Shown here: positions 1-7,858 of the stretch, piece by piece | Layout of the letters: each line of letters opens with the position of its first letter | How positions within the stretch are numbered: position 1 is the first letter of the stretch | Origin: a virus | Lineage: Duplodnaviria; Heunggongvirae; Uroviricota; Caudoviricetes | Length of the DNA stretch: 40,626 nt | Strand: one strand, 5' to 3' | Virus record (IMG/VR): IMGVR_UViG_2737471840_000007 | Location: 1-40,626 of that record | Notes under the pieces: generated by a model | What the model saw: the letters and a program-made list of their open reading frames with translations, nothing else | Told to the model about the DNA's origin: nothing | Databases searched by the model: none | Position numbers and translations under genes: made by a program

Positions 1-1248
1 ATGGCACTGAATATTCCATTCAGAAATGCGTACTATCGTTTTGCATCCAGTTACTCATTTCTCTTTTTTATTTCCTGGTCGCTGTGGTGGTCGTTATACG
101 CTATTTGGCTGAAAGGACATCTAGGGTTGACAGGGACGGAATTAGGTACACTTTATTCGGTCAACCAGTTTACCAGCATTCTATTTATGATGTTCTACGG
201 CATCGTTCAGGATAAACTCGGTCTGAAGAAACCGCTCATCTGGTGTATGAGTTTCATCCTGGTCTTGACCGGACCGTTTATGATTTACGTTTATGAACCG
301 TTACTGCAAAGCAATTTTTCTGTAGGTCTAATTCTGGGGGCGCTATTTTTTGGCTTGGGGTATCTGGCGGGATGCGGTTTGCTTGATAGCTTCACCGAAA
401 AAATGGCGCGAAATTTTCATTTCGAATATGGAACAGCGCGCGCCTGGGGATCTTTTGGCTATGCTATTGGCGCGTTCTTTGCCGGCATATTTTTTAGTAT
501 CAGTCCCCATATCAACTTCTGGTTGGTCTCGCTATTTGGCGCTGTATTTATGATGATCAACATGCGTTTTAAAGATAAGGATCACCAGTGCGTAGCGGCA
601 GATGCGGGAGGGGTAAAAAAAGAGGATTTTATCGCAGTTTTCAAGGATCGAAACTTCTGGGTTTTCGTCATATTTATTGTGGGGACGTGGTCTTTCTATA
701 ACATTTTTGATCAACAACTTTTTCCTGTCTTTTATGCAGGTTTATTCGAATCACACGATGTAGGAACGCGCCTGTATGGTTATCTCAACTCATTCCAGGT
801 GGTACTCGAAGCGCTGTGCATGGCGATTATTCCTTTCTTTGTGAATCGGGTAGGGCCAAAAAATGCATTACTTATCGGAGTTGTGATTATGGCGTTGCGT
901 ATCCTTTCCTGCGCGCTGTTCGTTAACCCCTGGATTATTTCATTAGTGAAGTTGTTACATGCCATTGAGGTTCCACTTTGTGTCATATCCGTCTTCAAAT
1001 ACAGCGTGGCAAACTTTGATAAGCGCCTGTCGTCGACGATCTTTCTGATTGGTTTTCAAATTGCCAGTTCGCTTGGGATTGTGCTGCTTTCAACGCCGAC
1101 TGGGATACTCTTTGACCACGCAGGCTACCAGACAGTTTTCTTCGCAATTTCGGGTATTGTCTGCCTGATGTTGCTATTTGGCATTTTCTTCTTGAGTAAA
1201 AAACGCGAGCAAATAGTTATGGAAACGCCTGTACCTTCAGCAATATAG
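1..1248 (+). CDS. cscB: Sucrose:H+ symporter, LacY-family MFS permease
   Basis: 415-aa ORF, 12-TM hydrophobic profile; N-terminus MALNIPFRNAYYRFASSYSF and overall sequence match my recollection of E. coli CscB and align with LacY; not verified by search. Confidence 0.8.
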   Translation: MALNIPFRNAYYRFASSYSFLFFISWSLWWSLYAIWLKGHLGLTGTELGTLYSVNQFTSILFMMFYGIVQDKLGLKKPLIWCMSFILVLTGPFMIYVYEPLLQSNFSVGLILGALFFGLGYLAGCGLLDSFTEKMARNFHFEYGTARAWGSFGYAIGAFFAGIFFSISPHINFWLVSLFGAVFMMINMRFKDKDHQCVAADAGGVKKEDFIAVFKDRNFWVFVIFIVGTWSFYNIFDQQLFPVFYAGLFESHDVGTRLYGYLNSFQVVLEALCMAIIPFFVNRVGPKNALLIGVVIMALRILSCALFVNPWIISLVKLLHAIEVPLCVISVFKYSVANFDKRLSSTIFLIGFQIASSLGIVLLSTPTGILFDHAGYQTVFFAISGIVCLMLLFGIFFLSKKREQIVMETPVPSAI

Positions 1249-1689
1249 ACGTAAACTTTTTCCGGTTGTTGTCGATAGCTCTATATCCCTCAACCGGAAA
1301 ATAATAATAGTAAAATGCTTAGCCCTGCTAATAATCGCCTAATCCAAACGCCTCATTCATGTTCTGGTACAGTCGCTCAAATGTACTTCAGATGCGCGGT
1401 TCGCTGATTTCCAGGACATTGTCGTCATTCAGTGACCTGTCCCGTGTATCACGGTCCTGCGAATTCATCAAGGAATGCATTGCGGAGTGAAGTATCGAGT
1501 CACGCCATATTTCGCTATCAGGATTCTGTGTGATGGTTACATCGCCCGGCCCAGGGCTGTTTAGTCATCAGCGCTTTCTGACAGTGCTGAGATTTCAACC
1601 TGTTGCAGTAAAAATGAGTAGATATAAGGCAAGTGTGCTGCCAAACCCATCTTTTACGGGGTGAAGGTAGATTTCGTTTGAAGGGTATC

Positions 1690-1704
1690 TGGTGTCCCCT
1701 GCAG
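1690..1704 (-). repeat. att core: 15-nt copy of the 3' end of tRNA-Arg (argW), CTGCAGGGGACACCA on the minus strand
   Basis: Minus-strand sequence CTGCAGGGGACACCA equals the acceptor 3' end plus CCA of argW as I recall it; lies 73 nt beyond the excisionase stop at the host/phage boundary. Confidence 0.6.
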
Positions 1705-1777
1705 ACATCTACTTGAAGCGGCAGGGGATTGATTGGAATGGTGTTTTTTAGGTGTGAGAAATATTTTACCCGCTATT

Positions 1778-1978
1778 TTACCCATTGGCGCGGCTTAAGA
1801 GCTTATTTTTGAATTCACAATGGTCACGATATAACCATCTTGCGCGTCCGTGGATAACTTTGGCTTTTGGCAGGTCGCCGGACTTAATCCGGTCATAGAT
1901 GAAGGTTTTACCGAAGCCAGTATCGGCCATGATGAATTTCAAATCAACCAGGGAATCAGGCTGTAGTTCGTGTTGCAT
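1778..1978 (-). CDS. torI: Excisionase / recombination directionality factor, TorI-like (AlpA/Xis winged-helix family)
   Basis: 66-aa ORF MQHELQPDSLVDLKFIMADTGFGKTFIYDRIKSGDLPKAK... matches my recollection of E. coli TorI (KplE1/CPS-53 prophage at argW); GGAG 8-9 nt upstream of ATG. Confidence 0.75.
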   Translation of the reverse strand: MQHELQPDSLVDLKFIMADTGFGKTFIYDRIKSGDLPKAKVIHGRARWLYRDHCEFKNKLLSRANG

Positions 1979-1997
1979 GAGTGCTATCTCCGAATAG

Positions 1998-2013
1998 GGA
2001 ATCGAACCTGCAA
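1998..2013 (-). repeat. tRNA T-arm-like fragment TTGCAGGTTCGATTCC (matches the argW segment immediately 5' of the att core)
   Basis: 16-nt identity to the argW T-arm region as recalled; located 20 nt upstream of the torI start codon. Confidence 0.4.
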
Positions 2014-2020
2014 ATCAGGC

Positions 2021-2050
2021 AATAAAAAACCGCCATCAGGCGTTTTTGTG
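2021..2050. terminator. Bidirectional intrinsic terminator-like hairpin (AAAAAACCGCCATCAGGCGTTTTTG)
   Basis: Short GC stem CGCC/GGCG flanked by A-tract upstream and T-tract downstream on both strands. Confidence 0.5.
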
Positions 2051-2203
2051 TTCTTTCAGTTCTTCAATTCGAATATTGGTTACGTCTGCATGTGCTATCT
2101 GCGCCCATATCATCCAGTGGTTATAGCAGTCGTTGATGTCCTCTGCTTCGATAACTCTGTTGAATGGCTCTCCATTCCATTCACCTGTGACTCGGAAGTG
2201 CAT
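2036..2203 (-). CDS. Small hypothetical protein (55 aa)
   Basis: ORF MHFRVTGEWNGEPFNRVIEAEDINDCYNHW... with GGAG 7 nt upstream; below ORF-track size cutoff; sits between two terminator hairpins so expression is uncertain. Confidence 0.3.
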   Translation of the reverse strand: MHFRVTGEWNGEPFNRVIEAEDINDCYNHWMIWAQIAHADVTNIRIEELKEHKNA

Positions 2204-2212
2204 TTATCATCT

Positions 2213-2241
2213 CCATAAAACAAAACTCGCCGTAGCGAGTT
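2213..2241 (-). terminator. Intrinsic terminator downstream of the 94-aa early gene
   Basis: Perfect 7-bp stem AACTCGC/GCGAGTT with 4-nt loop followed on the minus strand by TTGTTTTAT. Confidence 0.45.
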
Positions 2242-2274
2242 CAGATAAAAGAAATCCCCGCGAGTGCGAGGATG

Positions 2275-2559
2275 TTATTCATTGCCGATATTCACCTTTA
2301 TCGCGAACACCTTTACCGGTTTATCACCGAAGTGCGGATGTGTGATTGTCTTGATTTCATAGCCGCCATACGGAACGTCAATTCTGCGGCTGGAATCGTC
2401 ACGCTTCGGATATCCCTTTGTGATAATCAGGCGGTCATACTCCCGGAACATAATTCGCTTATTCCAATAGTCATTACACAGGCGATACTCTTCCGTTTTC
2501 TCTCCTCGAATCATGGCATCGAAGTATTCACCTTTGACGGCAAGTTGTAGGTTAGCCAC
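2275..2559 (-). CDS. Hypothetical phage early protein (94 aa)
   Basis: ORF in the early-left operon, 8-nt overlap with upstream gene. Confidence 0.55.
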   Translation of the reverse strand: MANLQLAVKGEYFDAMIRGEKTEEYRLCNDYWNKRIMFREYDRLIITKGYPKRDDSSRRIDVPYGGYEIKTITHPHFGDKPVKVFAIKVNIGNE

Positions 2560-2839
2560 GACCTTCCTCCTTTGGCTTGTGAATTTGTATCGTCATGCCG
2601 CTTTGAGTGGTGACTACAATGACAGAACCAGGCTGAAGGCTGTTAAGATTGAATGCTTCGTAAAACGAATCCAAGGCCAGCGCTTTTTTATTCTTTCGGT
2701 TCCACCAACGCCATCCCTTGCTACAGGCTACACTGACAATCCACTGTCCACTCCTGTAAGCCATATAAAACCAGATGAGCAAAACCTGAAGGAAGGCTAT
2801 CCAGTCAATAATCGTATATTTCGCGAAGGAGTCCATCAC
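2552..2839 (-). CDS. Hypothetical membrane protein (95 aa)
   Basis: ORF with hydrophobic N-terminal segment IIDWIAFLQVLLIWFYMAY; overlaps neighbouring genes in operon fashion. Confidence 0.5.
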   Translation of the reverse strand: MMDSFAKYTIIDWIAFLQVLLIWFYMAYRSGQWIVSVACSKGWRWWNRKNKKALALDSFYEAFNLNSLQPGSVIVVTTQSGMTIQIHKPKEEGRG

Positions 2840-3747
2840 TTCACCTCCTGCGGCGGTTCTGGTAGCGGCATCCAGTGTGTGACATTGCTAATCAGACCAT
2901 ATTCATTAGTTTGAGGATGGTTGCCGTTATCGTCTCCGTATTTAAGACTCTCCATAAAGCCATAATGCCTATCACCATTAACGCTCACAAAGCCGTAATA
3001 AGCAGGTATAACGCCGATCTCACACGTAACCAGTAAAGGAAAACTAGTTCTCCAATTTAGCTCGCCGATTACAGGCATTCGCTCACTACAGCTTATCCAG
3101 CCATCCGGAGTTACCGGATAGTTGCCCGATAGCGCATTACGCAATCGCTCCAGCTTCACGTATTCCTGAACCCTGTTTCCGTCGCATGCCTGAAGCCATT
3201 GCGCAGCCTTTTGCGCATCAGTGTGAAAGGCACAAGTGCGACCGTCATCAAATTGCATTTCGTAGAGGTCAGCAACTTGTTCAAACTGCGTATGTTGTGA
3301 CTTGTAAGTTTGGCTTACAGGTTCGGCACCATGAAGCATGGCGTCGCTCCGCTCTATGCCATCCAGCGCGATTCGCAGTGCCTGAATTGTGGTAGAGCTA
3401 TCGTTTGGGGCTATTCCATATCTCTCGAATACAGCTAAATGGTTGCGCATAATCTCAGGCGTAAGCTCTTTGTAAGCATAAGCAAGAGGCTCTGATGCAT
3501 TATCCGGCACAACCGACGCAGGCGCGGCAGCATAAACAGGAATAACGTCCGCTTGCTCTTTATTGCTTTCATCCGTTAAAGCCCAGAATAATTTCCCGGC
3601 CGGATGTTTGAAAATATAAGCAACTGGATCTGCTTCCAGCGATGCCAGCGCAATTCGTGCCAGTTCCATTTGTTCGCCACGGGTAAGCCCGTTTTCAAGC
3701 GTGGATTTAATGAACAATTCGATACGTTCTTTAGTGATAGCGCTCAT
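2836..3747 (-). CDS. DUF551-domain phage protein
   Basis: C-terminal HWMPLPEPP motif typical of DUF551; start placed at the internal ATG (MSAITKERIELF) preceded by AAGGAG and 1 nt after the upstream stop; ORF track extends to 3789. Confidence 0.65.
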   Translation of the reverse strand: MSAITKERIELFIKSTLENGLTRGEQMELARIALASLEADPVAYIFKHPAGKLFWALTDESNKEQADVIPVYAAAPASVVPDNASEPLAYAYKELTPEIMRNHLAVFERYGIAPNDSSTTIQALRIALDGIERSDAMLHGAEPVSQTYKSQHTQFEQVADLYEMQFDDGRTCAFHTDAQKAAQWLQACDGNRVQEYVKLERLRNALSGNYPVTPDGWISCSERMPVIGELNWRTSFPLLVTCEIGVIPAYYGFVSVNGDRHYGFMESLKYGDDNGNHPQTNEYGLISNVTHWMPLPEPPQEVK

Positions 3748-3748
3748 A

Positions 3749-4249
3749 TCACTCTCCTTTGATGCGAATGCCAGTAGCGCGGATTGCATCGATGACTTCA
3801 GAAACTTTGTATGCCATTACCGTTTGGTAATCCTCGTGGAAATCTGTTCGATGAAGCATGCTGCTACGTTCTGGGAGCGATATTTCCCGTGCTTCCAGTT
3901 CTGCAATGCGCTTCTCTGCGGCTTCCAGCTCAACACGCAGTTTCCCTACCGTTAGCGCAATATCCTCGTTCTCCTGGTCGCGGGATTTGATGTATTGCTG
4001 GTTTCTTTCCCGTTCATCCAGCAGCGCCTGCACTACTTCAGGGTTGAAAGCTGCGATATAGCGAGCGTTGTTCTCTGCGTTTTTCTGTTCGTCGAATCCA
4101 GGCCAGTCGACAATATCTCCGTGATGATTATCTCCTGGCGTGTGCACGGCGTACGTGCCGTATTTGCCCGGCGAAATAAATGCGACCCATTCGCCTTGTG
4201 TTGCCTGTTTTGCTATCTCACGCAGTGCCTGATAGTTAATCTCGCTCAC
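3749..4249 (-). CDS. Ead/Ea22-like family protein
   Basis: N-terminus [21 protein letters not shown] typical of lambdoid Ea22-like proteins; coiled-coil C-terminus. Confidence 0.65.
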   Translation of the reverse strand: MSEINYQALREIAKQATQGEWVAFISPGKYGTYAVHTPGDNHHGDIVDWPGFDEQKNAENNARYIAAFNPEVVQALLDERERNQQYIKSRDQENEDIALTVGKLRVELEAAEKRIAELEAREISLPERSSMLHRTDFHEDYQTVMAYKVSEVIDAIRATGIRIKGE

Positions 4250-4761
4250 TGGTTGCCTCCTTTGCGAAGTTTCGCGGCAAAATCAGCCGCAACCTCTTTG
4301 ACCATATTGGAAAGCGGAGTGCCACCTCCGAATTTTTCTGAGAACATCTCCACGCCCTGTGCCCGCAGTTCCGACAGGAAAGAGTCGGTGGCTGGGGTTT
4401 CGATATCGTTAATTTCAGGAAGAATCTCTTCCCATGTGGCGATATCGCCATTCAAATGCCATCCGGCAATTCCACTGGAGTTATCCGCAACACTGCGAAC
4501 GGCTTCAATAGTTTCGAGCATTACCGCATTCTCCGCCGCAAGCGCCGAAAACTTCTCGTGTGCCAACTTAACAGCTGCATCAGCCTGCTTAATTGACTCA
4601 ATCGCTCTCTGCTGGTCTTCGGACAGAGCCGAAATCTTGGCCTCCGCTTCAGCAAATTTACGCACCAGATATTCAGCGTTTGTTTCGTTAACCTTTAAAT
4701 CTCGTGGGATGCATTTACCTTTCAGAAATCCATCCATCTCAATTAGTGACATTTGTTTCAT
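4246..4761 (-). CDS. Hypothetical phage protein (171 aa)
   Basis: ORF with ATGA start/stop overlap with the downstream gene. Confidence 0.55.
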   Translation of the reverse strand: MKQMSLIEMDGFLKGKCIPRDLKVNETNAEYLVRKFAEAEAKISALSEDQQRAIESIKQADAAVKLAHEKFSALAAENAVMLETIEAVRSVADNSSGIAGWHLNGDIATWEEILPEINDIETPATDSFLSELRAQGVEMFSEKFGGGTPLSNMVKEVAADFAAKLRKGGNQ

Positions 4762-4922
4762 TTCTTCCCACTCCGCAACATCGCATTCAGATATTTGTTT
4801 TGATTTACTGACGGAAAAGAATTTCTCTTAAGTAATTCCTCTCTCGATGGCATTGGCTTTACGCGTTGGCGAATAATCATTTCTGCCGGAAGAATGCCGG
4901 GATTGTATGCAAGTCCTCTCAT
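4758..4922 (-). CDS. Small hypothetical protein (54 aa)
   Basis: [24 protein letters not shown]... whose TGA overlaps the ATG of the next gene (ATGA); below ORF-track cutoff. Confidence 0.35.
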   Translation of the reverse strand: MRGLAYNPGILPAEMIIRQRVKPMPSREELLKRNSFPSVNQNKYLNAMLRSGKK

Positions 4923-4938
4923 GGTAAATTCCTCTTTG

Positions 4939-5253
4939 TTAATTTATTCGTATGCCTGCTCTTTCTTCATCGAGTTTTTTTAGTTTGTACCGCATAGCTC
5001 TTACTGAATAAATTGAGCGGCAGGTTGCAATTGCTATTTCTTCTGCGGAGAACTTACCGAAAAGTGATACTTCGGCTCTTGTCCATCGTCTTCCACGAAG
5101 TCGGCTAACAATGTCAGCGCCAATCCTTGTTGCTTTCGCCATTACTGCTTTTTCAGTCCTTTCCAGTTTTTCAGCGATAACTTCAACTGGCATTGTCGCC
5201 GCTACTTCGCGCAAGAAATCGACTTCCCATTTCTCCCATGGAGTCTTTTTCAT
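4939..5253 (-). CDS. Hypothetical phage protein (104 aa)
   Basis: ORF in early operon; basic C-terminus. Confidence 0.5.
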   Translation of the reverse strand: MKKTPWEKWEVDFLREVAATMPVEVIAEKLERTEKAVMAKATRIGADIVSRLRGRRWTRAEVSLFGKFSAEEIAIATCRSIYSVRAMRYKLKKLDEERAGIRIN

Positions 5254-5264
5254 AGTCGATACCG

Positions 5265-5753
5265 TTATTTGATAAGAAGTGAAGGTTTCCCAACTTTGAG
5301 TTGAGCGCCGGGGATATTTATTCCTGCTTTTAGTTGGTGTTTGATTGCCAGTTTGTCGGCTTTAATTGTCGTTTCAAACTCAACGTATTCAGGAGGAATG
5401 GCGCTTGAGTCGATGATTTCTACAATTTCTGACGGTTTGCGGATTGTTACCTGGTGAATACCTGCTCGAATATTTTTCTTGCCAACCATTTCAAGCGATG
5501 ACGCTATATATGATTTGATGCTGTCAATCTTATTTTGAATTACTGCGGCTCGCTCATTCAGCGACTTTGCCTCTTCCTTGAGGCGTTCAGCATAACCAGA
5601 TTCATTTTTAATGACGGAAAGAAGTTGCTCTATTTTATCGGTAAATTCTCCTTCCATGCCTTCTATTGTGTCAGCAATCATCTCTGGTTCTAAATCTGAA
5701 TCCATCAATTTTGCGTATTCATTGGCAATTTCATACAGTTTGCTCACTGGCAA
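5265..5753 (-). CDS. Gp157-like phage protein (Sipho_Gp157 family), coiled-coil
   Basis: 162-aa acidic coiled-coil protein immediately downstream of recT, the usual context for Gp157-family proteins; family assignment from memory. Confidence 0.45.
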   Translation of the reverse strand: MPVSKLYEIANEYAKLMDSDLEPEMIADTIEGMEGEFTDKIEQLLSVIKNESGYAERLKEEAKSLNERAAVIQNKIDSIKSYIASSLEMVGKKNIRAGIHQVTIRKPSEIVEIIDSSAIPPEYVEFETTIKADKLAIKHQLKAGINIPGAQLKVGKPSLLIK

Positions 5754-6642
5754 CCTCCAGTTTCGCTTTGCATTCTGCGTAAATGGCTTGTACGTTCTGC
5801 TGCAATTTCATTCCAGATGTCAGGCGATATGCTTCTGCAAAATATCGCTTCAAATCATCCATGTTTTCTGCCTGAGCCATTTCATCACAAAGAAGTTGTG
5901 CTTTATCCGTTATTTCCTGCTGGCGTTTCCGTTCATCTTCGCGGATATCTTCCTCTGATTTGTGCGGCATAACTGGTTCAGTCCACACACCTTCTTCTTC
6001 GTTTAGTACGTGAATAGCACTATCAAGACGTGATGCCTTAGGCCAATACTTGCTTGCACGCTTTACGACCGTCTTTCGCGCCATCTCATTCCAGTGATTT
6101 ACCCATGGTCCTTTATCGCTGAAGGCCGCCTTGCTTGTTTTCCTTACAGCCTCAATTTCAGCCAGACTCATCTCTTCCGTTAGATAATCACCTGCTGGCG
6201 TCTTAACTGTGCAGTAAACGCCAACGATATCACCACGATCACCGAAGGCGTTGTATTTATGGGTTGGTGCTTTATCAAGCCCGTTTGACTCATAGGTATC
6301 GTTAGCATGAACAAGTTTTGCCTGACCCCATGAGATAACACCAGACTCCATTGCAATATGGAGCAATCCCATATAACTGATATCAAGGCACACCATGCCG
6401 TCGCGCGGAACCAGATAAGCCAGTTTGCTGGCCGGGTTTAAGGTGATGCCGATCGCCGCAACATTGATGATGGCGTTCTGTGCGCTGGTTGGGTTTGCCA
6501 GTGCTGTTTTAGCCAGGTAATCATTTTTCTGGAAATACTGAATTGCAAACTGGCTTTCCTTAGCCCATGTCACCGTCTGTTCAGTCAATGCTCCGCAGAA
6601 TAACTGCTCCTGCTGTTTAACGAATTCAACGATATTGCTCAT
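5731..6642 (-). CDS. recT: RecT-family single-strand annealing recombinase
   Basis: 303-aa ORF; motif GPWVNHWNEMARKTVVKR closely parallels Rac RecT GPWVTHWEEMAKKTAIRR. Confidence 0.85.
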   Translation of the reverse strand: MSNIVEFVKQQEQLFCGALTEQTVTWAKESQFAIQYFQKNDYLAKTALANPTSAQNAIINVAAIGITLNPASKLAYLVPRDGMVCLDISYMGLLHIAMESGVISWGQAKLVHANDTYESNGLDKAPTHKYNAFGDRGDIVGVYCTVKTPAGDYLTEEMSLAEIEAVRKTSKAAFSDKGPWVNHWNEMARKTVVKRASKYWPKASRLDSAIHVLNEEEGVWTEPVMPHKSEEDIREDERKRQQEITDKAQLLCDEMAQAENMDDLKRYFAEAYRLTSGMKLQQNVQAIYAECKAKLEVASEQTV

Positions 6643-6950
6643 GCTGCTTCTCCATAAATGTGTCTGCGTTTGAATATTGCGAATGCATATTCAGCCTTAA
6701 CTCTTTCGGTTATTGCATCCCAGAACCATTCAGCGGCTTTTTCCTGATAGTTACAGTCATCATCTTCCAGCCAGTCGATAGCGTCCTTAGTGTGTTCATC
6801 TGGTTTATATGAGCGAAGCATTTCGCTTATTGGGTCGCAACGTTTGCAGAGACGATCAACTTCACTGTTGATTCGTTCGTAATCTTCATCAGTAAAACTT
6901 GCGATTATTTGCGATATTTCACGCTTATCATTCAGAGTCAGAATCATCAT
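6639..6950 (-). CDS. Hypothetical phage protein (103 aa)
   Basis: ORF with AGGAGA SD; ATGA overlap with recT. Confidence 0.55.
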   Translation of the reverse strand: MMILTLNDKREISQIIASFTDEDYERINSEVDRLCKRCDPISEMLRSYKPDEHTKDAIDWLEDDDCNYQEKAAEWFWDAITERVKAEYAFAIFKRRHIYGEAA

Positions 6951-7035
6951 CTTTCTCCTGTTCTTTGTGCTGATTGAGCATTTTGTTCATCTGACGAATG
7001 AATTCTTCGTCTGACCAGTTATCTGTAAAACTCAT
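6928..7035 (-). CDS. Small acidic hypothetical protein (35 aa)
   Basis: ORF MSFTDNWSDEEFIRQMNKML...; ATGA overlap with the upstream kil-like ORF; below cutoff. Confidence 0.3.
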   Translation of the reverse strand: MSFTDNWSDEEFIRQMNKMLNQHKEQEKDDDSDSE

Positions 7036-7184
7036 TTCCTGCGATACCACGGAAGGTTGATAGCTGATTTCATCGCTTTATTTGCTTCAAGCCACATTTT
7101 GGAATCACCAATAAATCTGGCTATTACTGCTTTGTTCTGTGCAGCACGAAGCATCTGGTGATTAATGGCTATTTCATTGCGCAT
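7032..7184 (-). CDS. kil: Kil-like small protein (lambda Kil family, host division inhibitor)
   Basis: 50-aa ORF MRNEIAINHQMLRAAQNKAVIARFIGDSKMWLEANKAMKSA; central A.FIGD.KM motif and position (after cIII, before recombination genes) match lambda kil as recalled. Confidence 0.45.
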   Translation of the reverse strand: MRNEIAINHQMLRAAQNKAVIARFIGDSKMWLEANKAMKSAINLPWYRRK

Positions 7185-7303
7185 AACGCCTCCAGTTGTT
7201 TCTTTGCTGCTCTGATTAATTGTTTAACTCGGCGTGATAATTCAGATTCGTGCGGGTAGAAAGCGGACATGACGCCGCTACCCGCGAGCTGAAAGTGCAT
7301 CAT
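7169..7303 (-). CDS. cIII: CIII-like small protein (FtsH-inhibitor family)
   Basis: 44-aa ORF MMHFQLAGSGVMSAFYPHESELSRRVKQLIRAAKKQLEAL resembles lambda CIII amphipathic helix region; AAGGAG 6 nt upstream of ATG; the ORF-track 79-aa version extends through two terminator hairpins. Confidence 0.5.
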   Translation of the reverse strand: MMHFQLAGSGVMSAFYPHESELSRRVKQLIRAAKKQLEALCAMK

Positions 7304-7325
7304 GGGTAACTCCTTATATTTGATT

Positions 7326-7393
7326 GCATAACGAAAACGCTTCGAGTGAAGCGTTATTGGTATGCATATAAAAAAGCCCTCACACTGGAGGGC
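7326..7393 (-). terminator. Tandem intrinsic terminators between ral and cIII (tL-like)
   Basis: Hairpin GCCCTC-ACACTG-GAGGGC (7376..7393) followed by TTTTTTATAT, then perfect 8-bp hairpin AACGCTTC-GAGT-GAAGCGTT (7336..7355) followed by TTTTCGTTAT, both on the minus strand. Confidence 0.5.
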
Positions 7394-7529
7394 AAAGAAG
7401 ATTTCCAATAATCAGAACAAGTTGGCTCCTGTTTAGTTACGAGCGACATTGCTCCGTGTATTCACTCGTTGGAATGAATACACAGTGCAGTGTTTATTCT
7501 GTTGTTTGTGCCAAAAATAAAGGCCACTA

Positions 7530-7730
7530 TCAGGCAGCCTTGTTATTCTGTTTACCAAGTTCTCTGGCAATCATTGCCGTTGTTCGTATTGCCCATTTAT
7601 CGACATATTTCCCATTCTCCATTACAGGAAACATTTCTTCAGGCTTAACCATGCATTCCGATTGCAGCTTGCATCCATTGCATCGCTTGAATTGTCCACA
7701 CCATTGATTTTTATCAATAGTCGTAGTCAT
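7530..7730 (-). CDS. ral: Restriction alleviation protein Ral-like (4-Cys small protein)
   Basis: 66-aa ORF with CGQFKRCNGCKLQSEC; size, position left of N and 17-nt overlap with a 28-codon ORF mirror lambda ral/orf28. Confidence 0.6.
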   Translation of the reverse strand: MTTTIDKNQWCGQFKRCNGCKLQSECMVKPEEMFPVMENGKYVDKWAIRTTAMIARELGKQNNKAA

Positions 7731-7800
7731 ACGGATAGTCCTGGTATTGTTCCATCACATCCTGCGGATGCTCTTCGAACTCTTCAAATTCTTCTTCCAT
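7714..7800 (-). CDS. Small acidic protein, lambda orf28-like (28 aa)
   Basis: ORF MEEEFEEFEEHPQDVMEQYQDYPYDYDY with GAGGTG SD 4 nt upstream; overlaps ral start by 17 nt as in lambda. Confidence 0.45.
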   Translation of the reverse strand: MEEEFEEFEEHPQDVMEQYQDYPYDYDY

Positions 7801-7858
7801 ATATCACCTCAAATAAGTGGTTTGCTGCCTAATTTTATTTTCTGGCGACCAACACAAG

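Noticed and set aside
350-998. Three short ORFs inside cscB (350..553 plus, 532..717 minus, 780..998 minus)
   Set aside because: Fully contained in the 415-aa permease gene in alternative frames.
1249-1689. Possible integrase gene or integrase remnant between cscB and torI
   Set aside because: No frame on either strand stays open for more than a few dozen codons, and short protein-like stretches are interrupted by stops. With the argW core copy at 1690..1704 this segment is best read as host intergenic DNA; the integrase is expected at the other prophage end.
1970-2345. 82-aa and 70-aa plus-strand ORFs upstream of torI
   Set aside because: They run through the terminator hairpins and are antisense to the early-left operon; no SD.
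7169-7408. 79-aa ORF from the track (TTG start)
   Set aside because: Its N-terminal 35 codons run through two intrinsic terminator hairpins and the real gene has a strong SD before the internal ATG; re-annotated as a 44-aa cIII-like gene (7169..7303).
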